From an uncultured bacterium (GTDB lineage: Bacteria > CSSED10-310 > CAZUFC01), in assembly GCA_964619725.1 (NCBI GenBank), contig CAZUFC010000166.1:1-16034 (forward strand): a stretch of DNA of 16,034 bases, given 5' to 3'. Below the pieces are notes generated by a model. That model was given only the letters and a program-made list of their open reading frames with translations, was not told where the DNA came from and did not search any database. Shown here piece after piece: positions 1 to 7,731 of this stretch. The stretch's first letter is position 1. Each line of letters starts with the position of its first letter. A program made the translations under genes and the position numbers.

Positions 1-3
1 TAC

Positions 4-58
4 AAATTGTTTTTCTTAATGCAGACGCAGCATCCTGCCGCATTTCGTTCTGCTCGAT
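4..58 (+). repeat. Direct repeat copy containing a degenerate GTAG-family REP element (21-45)
   Basis: 47/55 identical to 10333-10387 by manual alignment. Core gcagacgcagcatcctgccgcattt resembles the REP GTAGAAGCGGCATCCTGCCGCTTT at 10271-10294. Confidence 0.75.
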
Positions 59-164
59 GCAAATCCATAAAGAGATCAGCCTACTAAAAATGATCGATAC
101 TCTATCCGGCATCCAGCATACAAACTTTCGGTCAACTAACAACCTGATTTTTAAAAGCTATCCT

Positions 165-2351
165 TCAAGGACCGAAGCTGAATTCTTCAACGCTAAGATT
201 CCCTTTTATGTGAGACATATCCTGGTTAACCATTGCGCCGTATATTCTGATTCCCGACATGCTCTGTTCGCCTGTATCCGGCCACTGGAAACTTTCCACA
301 ACTTCAATTTTCGTCGTTCCCGGATAGACGTCCATGATCACGTAATCGACTTCCCCTTCATCCGGCGGCGTGAACTGACTCCAATCATCCCAGAACCAGA
401 ACTCTCCGTTTATTTCCAAAACGAAAAATACTCGTGCCTCTTTTAATATTTCATAATCATTCACCAGATATCCGTTGATGAAAAAATCTTCGCCGGGATG
501 AACGGCTTCAGGCATTTCTATAACTACGTCCCGAGATGAAATTCCATCGAAAGATAATATTGCGACACAGTCGCCGCAACTACCCAAAGCTAATACTCTT
601 CCGTATTCATCGCGGGGAAGGATTGAAGCGCATGGTACATTCATCGGACGCCAGTAGAATCCGTTCCAATATTTTAAATCATAATCTTGAAACATAAATA
701 TCTCGTCTACGTCCGTTGCATAAATGTCACACTGATGGAAAGCATCGTGCAATCCGGGGACATCAACGGCAGTCCATTCATTTCCATCCCAATGACTGAG
801 TTCCATCTTATAATAGAAAAAATGTCCCACAGCAATCACGCTTAGGGTGGACACAAAAACGTTATTAGACGAAAGACCCCACATGCGAGGTATGTCTCCG
901 TCTATATTCAACTCATGTTCCGTCCACTCATTTCCATCCCAGTGTATGGCCCGAGAGTAACCTGTAACCCATACGTCGTCGTCCGCTGTTCCCCACACAT
1001 CAAAATAAGAGCTCACGGTCGCCGATCCCGTATCTACAGGAGTCCATTCTGAACCGTCGTAATGTAATAGATTAGTCCTTGCCGCCGCATAAATATCCGT
1101 TGGAGAAGAACCCCAAATGCTTCTAATCCATCTTGTCGTTCCGGTATCCATCAACGTTGAATTCTCCCCGTCCCAGTGCAGTATAACGCCCCCTTCACTG
1201 CCGATATAGAAATCATCACGGGACGAAGCCCACATGCAAATTTCATTGCCGTGAAACGTTTCTTCACTGTCCTCATATATTTCAACGGAAGTCCAATCGC
1301 CGTCATAAAATTTTAATAAATAAAGCCATCTGCCATACGCCAGTTTTTCAGACGTTAATACTGCAAGAGAATCAGAATCTAATCCGACAATTGAATGAGC
1401 GCCCCCTTTGAATCTTTCTGATTGTTCCGACCAACGCTCACCGTCCCATTGCGCAATATGACCATATATCCCCACTGCACAAATGTCATCTTCTGAAGTT
1501 CCCGTCAGGCTGTAAAACCAGTAATCTTCAACGGAATATATCTCAGTCCAATCCGAACCGTCCCAGCGCCGTATCGCTCCAGGTTCATACATTGTCGAAA
1601 CATAAATATTGTCCGGTGAATCTCCCCATATATCAGTTAATGCCTCATCAAAATAATGCAAGGCCGTCCAAAAATCGCCGTCCCAATGTAAGATGACTCC
1701 AGGTCCGCTTAAGCTGACGCGACCCAGGGCATACACTTCTTCCGAGGACAGCCCCCATACAGTCAATATTTCATAATCCGGAAAAACAGCCGATTGCGTC
1801 CATTCAACTCCGTCCCAGTGTATTATCTCCCCTTCATCTCCAACAGCGAAGACGTCATCAGGAGCGGCTCCCCATACTCCTTGCAGATCGGAATTTGTCC
1901 CCCCGTTCATTGCAGACCATGCATGACCATCCCAATAAATAATGACTCCGTTGTCTCCCACTGCGAAAACTTCGTCTTCGGCAAATCCCCAGACATCCCG
2001 AAGCGCTTCGGAAGTTCCGCTCTCCAACGGCATCCAATATTCGCCGTCATAATGCATAATTGTACCGTTGACACCAACAATGTAAATACTATCCAAAGAA
2101 TTACACCATATTCCTTCAAACGTCTCGTACGGAATACCCTGACTCATGTCGATCCATTCATCCCCGGATCGAAGAAGAACCGTTGAAAACCCTATTGAAA
2201 CTATTTCTCCAGATTCAAATGCAAAAGTGTCCTCCATACCTATACCCTGAGGAAGAGGATGAATCCATTTCCAACCGGCTTCAGCATCTCGAAAACAGAA
2301 GATGACAACCAGAAAACTTATTATCTTTATTGAACTTCTGTATTTTTTCAT
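165..2351 (-). CDS. Secreted Trp-rich beta-propeller repeat protein (about 12 [H/Y]WDGxxW repeats) with a distinct C-terminal domain
   Basis: 728 aa ORF with GGAGG RBS upstream. Signal peptide-like N-terminus (MKKYR...hydrophobic...AEA). Repeating 'vWG.s.ddvyAVG..G.IlHWDG..W' units. The last ~120 aa are non-repetitive and end in EEFSFGP. Confidence 0.9.
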   Translation of the reverse strand: MKKYRSSIKIISFLVVIFCFRDAEAGWKWIHPLPQGIGMEDTFAFESGEIVSIGFSTVLLRSGDEWIDMSQGIPYETFEGIWCNSLDSIYIVGVNGTIMHYDGEYWMPLESGTSEALRDVWGFAEDEVFAVGDNGVIIYWDGHAWSAMNGGTNSDLQGVWGAAPDDVFAVGDEGEIIHWDGVEWTQSAVFPDYEILTVWGLSSEEVYALGRVSLSGPGVILHWDGDFWTALHYFDEALTDIWGDSPDNIYVSTMYEPGAIRRWDGSDWTEIYSVEDYWFYSLTGTSEDDICAVGIYGHIAQWDGERWSEQSERFKGGAHSIVGLDSDSLAVLTSEKLAYGRWLYLLKFYDGDWTSVEIYEDSEETFHGNEICMWASSRDDFYIGSEGGVILHWDGENSTLMDTGTTRWIRSIWGSSPTDIYAAARTNLLHYDGSEWTPVDTGSATVSSYFDVWGTADDDVWVTGYSRAIHWDGNEWTEHELNIDGDIPRMWGLSSNNVFVSTLSVIAVGHFFYYKMELSHWDGNEWTAVDVPGLHDAFHQCDIYATDVDEIFMFQDYDLKYWNGFYWRPMNVPCASILPRDEYGRVLALGSCGDCVAILSFDGISSRDVVIEMPEAVHPGEDFFINGYLVNDYEILKEARVFFVLEINGEFWFWDDWSQFTPPDEGEVDYVIMDVYPGTTKIEVVESFQWPDTGEQSMSGIRIYGAMVNQDMSHIKGNLSVEEFSFGP

Positions 2352-2503
2352 TAAAATCGACCTCCACTTTAAATTTTAAAATATTCATAATTTTAAATCA
2401 AATTACCCGAAATCAACGCCCCCATCGCCTCCTTTCAGGAAATTCCGTTCAAAATCGAATTCTTGAAAGAGAATCCATAACGGGCATTTCGTAAACTACC
2501 CGG

Positions 2504-2539
2504 ATATCCAGTCTCTTCGTAAAATTCCCGAACCACTGC
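2504..2539 (-). pseudogene. Possible Nudix-box remnant (AVVREFYEETGY)
   Basis: Minus-strand frame without a start codon reads AVVREFYEETGY, matching the REUxEExGU half of the Nudix box. The upstream Gx5E spacing is not preserved. Confidence 0.35.
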
Positions 2540-2580
2540 CCGTCCTCTCTCCTTAATTACGAATGACTCTGACCCATTAT

Positions 2581-2945
2581 TCACTCTTTGTCAGCAGTAG
2601 TACACTGTAGAGTTACAGCGGTCCCTGAATCTGAGAGGGAGAAATGTCGAAGAGATATGGACAAGTAAATACTCTACCAAACGCCTTTGTAATGTCTCCT
2701 GCTTCGAAGTGAAGCCACTTTGAATGTACATTTTCTGGAGTGAGGTAAACGATTCCAGCACGCGCATTAAGGAGCGCTTGCCGCAGCTCTTCGTTCCAGA
2801 ATGACCCGAGTGCAATGTTGCACATCGACACCAATGAATCGCATCCATGTAAGGTGATTTTTAAGAACCTGGAAAGAGCCACAGCAATTTTCTTGCTCGT
2901 GGGTCCGGACCAGCTAATCACAACCCCGTTATCTGCGTAAGTCAA
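2581..2945 (-). pseudogene. TIR (TIR_2-like) domain gene, truncated and frameshifted; last cassette of the array
   Basis: Motifs ISWSGxxSK, NIxLGxxW, GIVYLTPEN, WLHFEAG and GPL typical of bacterial TIR domains. TAA immediately after GPL (2613-2615); a shifted frame continues LQCTTADKE*. Starts ~58 bp after the R' of attC 2997-3068. Confidence 0.8.
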
Positions 2946-2996
2946 TTACAGTTCCTACGGTCCTTGTAATCTACGTCAGGTGTTTGTCGGTCACGG

Positions 2997-3068
2997 GACT
3001 AACGACCAAGCTCACCGGCGGCAATAGAGCGCAGCGGAATTGACGTCCGGTGCAGCGCCTTGTTAGGC
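2997..3068 (-). mobile_element. Integron attC site (72 bp)
   Basis: Minus strand: GCCTAAC AAGGC GCTGCACC GG...CC GGTGAGC TTGGTC GTTAGTC, i.e. R'', 5 bp spacer, L'' with extra base, L', 6 bp spacer, R'. Lies 14 bp after the stop of 3083-3412. Confidence 0.92.
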
Positions 3069-3082
3069 ATTTCCAGCTTCTA

Positions 3083-3412
3083 TTAACCCATTGCAAGCCC
3101 AATCATCATGAGGAACATCGTGCCCACAATCACTACTGCTGAAAAAATAGTGCCCAAGATGGCAAAGATTTTATTCCGCTCCTTGATTAACAGTCCACCG
3201 ATACCCAAACCAAGCGCTACAAGCTCCCCGCCCAGTAAGGCAAACAGAAAAAGGCCTAACATAATCGCACCTGCGGATTCCTCATCCATCCCTCCTGGTG
3301 TGGATGCCTCCATGAAGCCAGCGATTATGAAAACCAGGAAGAGGAGAATTCCTGAGACGATGCTTGTGATGAATGATGCAATCCCAAGCCCTGAGTGCTT
3401 TTGTTCTTCCAT
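3083..3412 (-). CDS. Small integral membrane protein (~3 TM, 109 aa), cassette gene
   Basis: Start reassigned to ATG 3412 (MEEQKHSGLGIASF...) behind an AAGGAGA RBS. The longer ORF-track start lies inside the upstream attC. Three long hydrophobic stretches; bounded by attC sites on both sides. Confidence 0.85.
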   Translation of the reverse strand: MEEQKHSGLGIASFITSIVSGILLFLVFIIAGFMEASTPGGMDEESAGAIMLGLFLFALLGGELVALGLGIGGLLIKERNKIFAILGTIFSAVVIVGTMFLMMIGLAMG

Positions 3413-3433
3413 TGTATCTCCTTCTTTGTTGAT

Positions 3434-3493
3434 GCCCAATCGATAGGCATCACCCGCATGCGGTAGCATGTCGGGTGCATGCCGCGGTTAGCG
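3434..3493 (-). mobile_element. Integron attC site (60 bp) with damaged R' core
   Basis: Minus strand: CGCTAAC CGCGG CATGCACC CG...CG GGTGATG CCTATC G(A)TTGGGC. Arms pair well, but an extra A interrupts the GTT core. Confidence 0.85.
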
Positions 3494-3538
3494 CTCGGAT
3501 TTTCGGATAAATGTATGTCGATTCTCTGCTGGGGTAAA

Positions 3539-3931
3539 TCAACCGGTCTTCTCATAGGGCTGGATCGTATTTAGTCGTCGGAGGAATCGGTAGTGTTTCT
3601 GATTGAAGGTGTACAATGGCGTCCTTATGGCTAACGCTGTCTGTCCAATCAAAACGTCTAAAAGACCCGCGTTATGGCTTAAGTGGTATTTCGAAAAAAC
3701 CTCCAGCGCTTGATCGCAATCCTCAGAGGAAGGCCAGACAATGCCACATGGTGAGATGGTGTGTTGGACTTGCTCCAGCTCCCGGCGATTGCGGCACCCC
3801 TGAAGCAACTCCATGACCACATAGCCTGGCAGCAAGACTTCCTCATCCTCGTCAATCTGATCAAACCATTGGACGGCTGGTGGATACTGCCGCAGCAGAT
3901 CAATCATGATATCCGTGTCAAGTAAGATCAT
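3539..3931 (-). CDS. vapC: PIN-domain ribonuclease toxin (VapC family)
   Basis: MILLDTDIMID start, VVMELLQG, GLLDVLIGQTAL, LYTFNQKHY: canonical PIN acidic residues retained. Lies 6 bp downstream of a small antitoxin-like gene. Confidence 0.92.
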   Translation of the reverse strand: MILLDTDIMIDLLRQYPPAVQWFDQIDEDEEVLLPGYVVMELLQGCRNRRELEQVQHTISPCGIVWPSSEDCDQALEVFSKYHLSHNAGLLDVLIGQTALAIRTPLYTFNQKHYRFLRRLNTIQPYEKTG

Positions 3932-3937
3932 GGTTAC

Positions 3938-4189
3938 TTATCGGATTTGTGCTCGTTCCCGTAATTCTCGGGCATAGCTCGCACTATCTTGGATGTCTTG
4001 CCGGTCTTTCCACAGACCGATGATGCCCGATTTCCGCAGTTGTCCAGCCGTGAGTGTTTTTCGACTCGACTTGTCCGAATGCTGTGGGATTATGATGACT
4101 TCCACGGTTTGACCGCGTTTGAATGGCAGATCCTTCACGATGATTTCGCCATCTTTTCTGACCACTTGCTCGATCCGAATAGCTTCCAT
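3938..4189 (-). CDS. Cognate antitoxin (VapB-like; AbrB/AF2212-like N-terminus)
   Basis: 83 aa with AGGAG RBS. N-terminal beta-hairpin pattern DGEIIVKDLPFKRGQTVEVII; C-terminal GLWKDRxDIxDS..YARELR typical of PIN-toxin partners; operonic with vapC. Confidence 0.8.
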   Translation of the reverse strand: MEAIRIEQVVRKDGEIIVKDLPFKRGQTVEVIIIPQHSDKSSRKTLTAGQLRKSGIIGLWKDRQDIQDSASYARELRERAQIR

Positions 4190-4279
4190 AATTTTCTCCT
4201 TTTACACTACCCTCCCTACTCCTTTTCAAATTTCTATCATATTCTTCGGGTCATGACAAATTCAGCACGCAAACGTCGA

Positions 4280-4330
4280 AGATTTTTTGCGGCGCTTCGC
4301 CGCCGCAAAAAATTTAGTTGAACTGAGCCG
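4280..4330. repeat. GC hairpin plus 22 bp AAAATTTAGTTGAACTGAGCCG motif (copy 1, unoccupied)
   Basis: ATTTTTTGCGGCG-CTTCGC-CGCCGCAAAAAAT is a perfect 13 bp stem. The adjacent motif recurs at 5823-5844 and, split in two, at 8724-8732 plus 4903-4915. Confidence 0.75.
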
Positions 4331-4333
4331 ATG

Positions 4334-4361
4334 ATTATACCTCCTTTGGGGTTTTATCGAA
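4334..4361 (-). promoter_or_regulatory. Putative sigma70 promoter for the vapBC operon
   Basis: TTCGAT-16 bp-TATAAT on the minus strand. An alternative TTGTCA-17-TAGAAA lies at 4231-4259. Confidence 0.45.
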
Positions 4362-4909
4362 TAATAACTGCTCTCAAACTAAAATTCTATGAAATTTCAT
4401 AGCCGATTTCAAGTAAAAACCGAAAGGAAGTATATTTTCAAACTGAAAATGCCGGCAGTTTTGAAGGGTTAAGATGGGAAACAAATGAAAACGAACATAT
4501 CGATCCGTTTGATCAGTTGCTAAACTGATCGAATGGTTTAGGCGTAAGGAGAATTTTTCAAAAACATGGAAAACCGCATCACAGCAGCGACAGGAAACCT
4601 CGATTAAAAGCAAAACGACCCCTCTAAAAAGTTGCATGTCACATGAAAATTATGATATAAAAAAGCGTATTTTGCGTTTCCTGTGAAAAGGAAACTTAAC
4701 TGAAAGTCCGAAGATGCTGCTTCGGGCTTTCGCTCTTTATATCCCTAAGAAAAACGATCACCCTCTATTATTACAGAGGTTGATCAATTAATAATATTGA
4801 GTATTTCAGTTAGATGCAAATAAAATAGGTGAGAAGACGATTCTATTTACCGGCGACTAATACTTTAAATATGACGATGGATTTGAAAAAGTTCCCGCGA
4901 AGCGGTTTA

Positions 4910-4998
4910 GTTCAACGGAATAGGATAACCGGCGGCGATGGTTGCGTGTCGGATTTTGGCTAAGCGTTTTCGCCGTCCGGTTCATCCGTTGGTTGGGC
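4910..4998 (-). mobile_element. Integron attC site (89 bp), near-identical to 6741-6828
   Basis: Minus strand: GCCCAAC CAACG GATGAACC GGACGGCG...CGCCGCC GGTTATC CTATTCC GTTGAAC. 73/74 identical to the other copy over 4921-4994. Its R'' GCCCAAC is the exact complement of the cassette start GTTGGGC at 6157. Confidence 0.92.
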
Positions 4999-5104
4999 GC
5001 CAATTGGTTATGAAAGCAACGCATCGAGGTGATCATCAAGGCTAATAACATCTTAAAAACATTATATATCAGCGTTTTCTACGCCTTGGACTCATCTGTC
5101 CCAG

Positions 5105-5474
5105 TTATCGTTTAATTTTCCTGATTCGGAATTTATCATTCTGAAACACGCAGAAGCAATTTTTTATCCAATCCGAATAATTTTCCATAATGTGTTTCAC
5201 GACCTGCAATTTTCTGGCGCTGTCGGCATTTTCCAATCTCAACAATATAACTCCGCAATGTGCCATTGAAGAATGATAAACCAACTCTTCAAAATCTTTG
5301 TCCATTGTGATAACCATCCGATTTTCCGAAACCGCGGTGCGGATAATTTCCTCGTCAGCCATACTGGGATCAATATCTCTCGGCCTTCACGTCGTACCCC
5401 TCTTCCAACATATATTTTTCGATGCTTTTTCCCATACCGACATCGACGAGGAATCTATGTTCGGATGGATTCAT
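5105..5474 (-). pseudogene. DUF5615 (VapC45-like) PIN toxin, frameshifted near 5381
   Basis: ATG overlaps the DUF433 stop (ATGA) and reads MNPSEHRFLVDVGMGKSIEKYMLEEGYDVKA. A 2 bp shortfall then shifts into RDIDPSMADEEII...ITMDKDFEELVY...GVILLRL, which parallels 6840-7193. Confidence 0.85.
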
Positions 5475-5719
5475 TTGGACGCTCCTATGGGAAACACCTG
5501 CTCCTCTTCGACAAGCCGGGTTACATACGCAAATACCGCCTTAAAATCTTCTTTCTCAAGTTCCGGATATTCTTCAAGCAGTTCCTCCTCCGATACGCCG
5601 CTCGAAAGCCCACGGAGTAATTGCTCCACGGTAATTCTCATACCCCGAATAGTCGGCTTTCCGACCATTATGTTAGGATTGATCGTGATCCTTGAAAGCA
5701 ATTCTTTTGTTTTCGACAT
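5471..5719 (-). CDS. DUF433 family antitoxin
   Basis: RITINPNIMVGKPTIRGMRITVEQLL...EELLEEYPELEKEDF is the DUF433 signature; purine-rich RBS; coupled to a DUF5615 gene. Confidence 0.92.
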   Translation of the reverse strand: MSKTKELLSRITINPNIMVGKPTIRGMRITVEQLLRGLSSGVSEEELLEEYPELEKEDFKAVFAYVTRLVEEEQVFPIGASK

Positions 5720-5761
5720 GATTTATTTCTTCCCCCCTTTTGTTTCAGAAAACAGAAATTT

Positions 5762-5844
5762 AGATTTTTTCCAGCGTAGACAAGGATTTCTTTGCATTTA
5801 TAGGTTTCTCCATGCCGTCGCAAAAATTTGGTTGAACTGAATGG
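5762..5844. repeat. Copy 2 of the hairpin/GTTGAAC motif (unoccupied, expanded loop)
   Basis: agatttttt...ccgtcgcaaaaatttggttgaactga matches agattttttg...ccgccgcaaaaaatttagttgaactga at 4280-4326; 18/22 over the core motif. Confidence 0.6.
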
Positions 5845-5851
5845 CTTCGTC

Positions 5852-5880
5852 ATTCTACTTTGTGTTTTTGCCGGTTCGAA
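5852..5880 (-). promoter_or_regulatory. Putative sigma70 promoter for DUF433-DUF5615 operon 1
   Basis: TTCGAA-17 bp-TAGAAT on the minus strand, positioned relative to the repeat motif much like the vapBC promoter. Confidence 0.5.
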
Positions 5881-6150
5881 GCCCTTCTCAAAGGAAAATT
5901 CTATACGATTAGAGCATTGAATTCAATGAAAAAAATCAAGCGATAAGGGAGTCGGATGGGAAATTTTAAGGATATCGAAAGGCAAAGAAAGCGATTCTTT
6001 TGAAGTTGGTCTTTGAAAATACCACGATACGAATTTTCCGCCAAGCATTTCGTTTTGTGGAATCAACTGTCATTTTTACCTTTTCTTCATCCGTGATTGT
6101 AGTATTTTCTCTTTCGTAGATTTTTCAACAGAGTGTGATTCTGTTTGTTT

Positions 6151-6210
6151 GCCCAACGCTTCGACTCAATCGTGAAATTTGTCGTTGTCATTTGGTGTCG
6201 GTTGTTGGCC
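6151..6210 (-). mobile_element. Integron attC site (60 bp, imperfect)
   Basis: Minus strand: GGCCAAC AAC CGACACCAA...TTGAGTCG AAGC GTTGGGC. Paired arms with one extra base; overlaps the 3' end of the read-through ORF 6166-6726. Confidence 0.7.
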
Positions 6211-6726
6211 GACTCCCTGATCATAATCCCCAACCTGCTGGATTTCTCTCAACTTGCGCTCGATCCACTTCTGATTTACACCCAATATGTCCCATGCAGA
6301 CATCCAGACCGGATCGAATTCCGCATCGACTCAAACAAGGAATTCGAGCATCGTCCGGAGTTCGTTGATCATCGCATGACGTCCCTTCTCAGAGAGTGCA
6401 TCCTCAGAATGTCTAACGAAAAAAGCGTGGGCAAGGTAGTTCCTATAGTCCAGCGCTTTCTTGAGATCGGCTTCAAGCGAATGCGGAATAGTTGTCAACT
6501 GCTTCACGGCGTGAAGAACCTTTCCGAATGTCCTGCCACCGTAGTCTTCATATAGCCGAAGCACGTCGCCTACAGAAACACTTCCCTTCCCCCTAACGTT
6601 GAGCGCTACAGCGAGGTTCACGACACCCTGCTCTAATACTTGGACTCTATAGAATGTCAGCCCGAAAAAGGCATAGAGTTCATTCGGATCATCGTATTCC
6701 GGATCGGGTATTTCGCGATGGTTCAT
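6166..6726 (-). pseudogene. Hypothetical cassette protein with HEPN-like RNYLAH motif, interrupted by an in-frame TGA at 6331-6333
   Basis: Begins 14 bp after the attC 6741 R'. After the TGA the same frame continues for 54 codons (VDAEFDPVWMSAWDILGVNQKWIERKLREIQQ...) and ends inside the next attC, as cassette ORFs usually do. Confidence 0.7.
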
Positions 6727-6740
6727 TTTGTTTTCTTACC

Positions 6741-6828
6741 GCCTAACGGCTAGGATAACCGGCGGCGATGGTTGCGTGTCGGATTTTGGCTAAGTGTTTT
6801 CGCCGTCCGGTTCATCCGTTGGTTAGGC
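6741..6828 (-). mobile_element. Integron attC site (88 bp)
   Basis: Minus strand: GCCTAAC CAACG GATGAACC GG...CC GGTTATC CTAGCC GTTAGGC; 11 bp after the DUF5615 stop codon. Confidence 0.93.
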
Positions 6829-6839
6829 ACTAAACAAGA

Positions 6840-7193
6840 TCAACCACTCGAACGGATGCGTATGATCCCCGGTGTAATCACTGTAAACGCATCATGTAAT
6901 TTGTCCTGATGCTCACTTACTGCGGATGAAACCATTTCGGCTTTTCTGTCAGGCGATAATCCTGCCAGACGAACAAGTATGACGCCTTGCATTAATAAAC
7001 GTTGGCGAAAAACTAATTCTCCAAAATCCTTATCAGTCGTCAGCAATACCGCTGATTCCCTGTTTGCGGATTCTAAAACATCAGTATCAGAAATTCCGGG
7101 ATTCATCTCAGCTACATATTGCACCTGAAAGCCGATTTTTCGAAGAACATCCACGATTTGCCGATCGACGCATTCATCGGCGAGGAATTTCAC
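6840..7193 (-). CDS. DUF5615 (VapC45-like) PIN-like toxin, intact
   Basis: MKFLADECV, PGISDTDVL, LLTTDKDFGELVF, GVILVRL motifs; GTGA overlap with the upstream DUF433 gene. Confidence 0.92.
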   Translation of the reverse strand: MKFLADECVDRQIVDVLRKIGFQVQYVAEMNPGISDTDVLESANRESAVLLTTDKDFGELVFRQRLLMQGVILVRLAGLSPDRKAEMVSSAVSEHQDKLHDAFTVITPGIIRIRSSG

Positions 7194-7426
7194 GATGTCA
7201 CTCCGGCTATCGGATAAATTACATCAGCACGCAATACCTCAGCTCCAAATTTCAGCGCTGCATGAACAGCATCTAGGGTTAATTTAGGATGAGCTTCAAG
7301 AATTTGATCAATCGTTTCACCCGCAGCTAACTTTTCCAGAATAAGTTCGACTGTAATTCGAGTTCCGGAAATAACAGGTTTACCCATCATGATTTGAGGA
7401 TTAGATTCAATCAACTTATCTTGCAT
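7190..7426 (-). CDS. DUF433 family antitoxin
   Basis: IESNPQIMMGKPVISGTRITVELILEKLAAGETIDQILEAHPKLT signature; GGAG RBS. Confidence 0.93.
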   Translation of the reverse strand: MQDKLIESNPQIMMGKPVISGTRITVELILEKLAAGETIDQILEAHPKLTLDAVHAALKFGAEVLRADVIYPIAGVTS

Positions 7427-7523
7427 CTTGTTTCTTCTCCCATTAAATTTGTTTATTTCGAAATCTCTCTATTCTTTTTGCCGCCTTCCACTTTCCATAA
7501 ATGCCACGCGTATCTCCTCGCAT

Positions 7524-7552
7524 ATTCTAATAAATTCCATTGTTTATTTCAA
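7524..7552 (-). promoter_or_regulatory. Putative sigma70 promoter for DUF433-DUF5615 operon 2
   Basis: TTGAAA-17 bp-TAGAAT. An 11 bp direct repeat GAAATAAACAA occurs at 7540-7550 (overlapping the -35) and 7449-7459, a possible operator. Confidence 0.55.
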
Positions 7553-7673
7553 GCAACTGCTTCAGAAAATTGCGCCGGTCAAATCGCTGCATTGAACACC
7601 TTAAGAATGTCTTATAACTTCTCAAAAGTGAAAGGCTTATTCATTCTCTCTCCGGGCTTTCGTCAATATATAT

Positions 7674-7700
7674 CCAGTCAAGAGCATGTACTGGTTAGGG
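7674..7700 (-). mobile_element. Truncated attC (left arm only)
   Basis: Minus strand CCCTAAC CAGTA CATGCTCTTGACTGG, 31 bp after the stop of 7732-8688, resembles R''-spacer-L''. No complementary right arm found. Confidence 0.4.
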
Positions 7701-7731
7701 ATAAAAAAACAATTTCTCAAGAAGTAGGCGC

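Noticed and set aside
4260-4323. Additional attC (GTTCAAC...GCTGAAT around the GC hairpin)
   Set aside because: The arms are asymmetric, there are no L boxes and the right core lacks GTT; better explained as the repeated motif. It is also not an intrinsic terminator, because the T-run precedes the stem on both strands.
4309-4330. Xer dif/pdif site interpretation of the repeated motif
   Set aside because: It lacks the 11-6-11 layout and the TTATGTTAAAT XerD arm.
4857-5051. 64 aa ORF (…APNQRMNRTAK…)
   Set aside because: It is largely a translation of the attC site itself.
6331-6333. TGA recoding (alternative genetic code or selenocysteine)
   Set aside because: TGA is the true stop of several intact genes here (165, 5471, 6840, 7190) and no SECIS-like context is evident; a nonsense mutation is simpler.
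4910-6828. CRISPR array interpretation of the repeated 74 bp sequence
   Set aside because: Only two copies, 1.8 kb apart, with attC architecture; no short regular spacers or cas genes.
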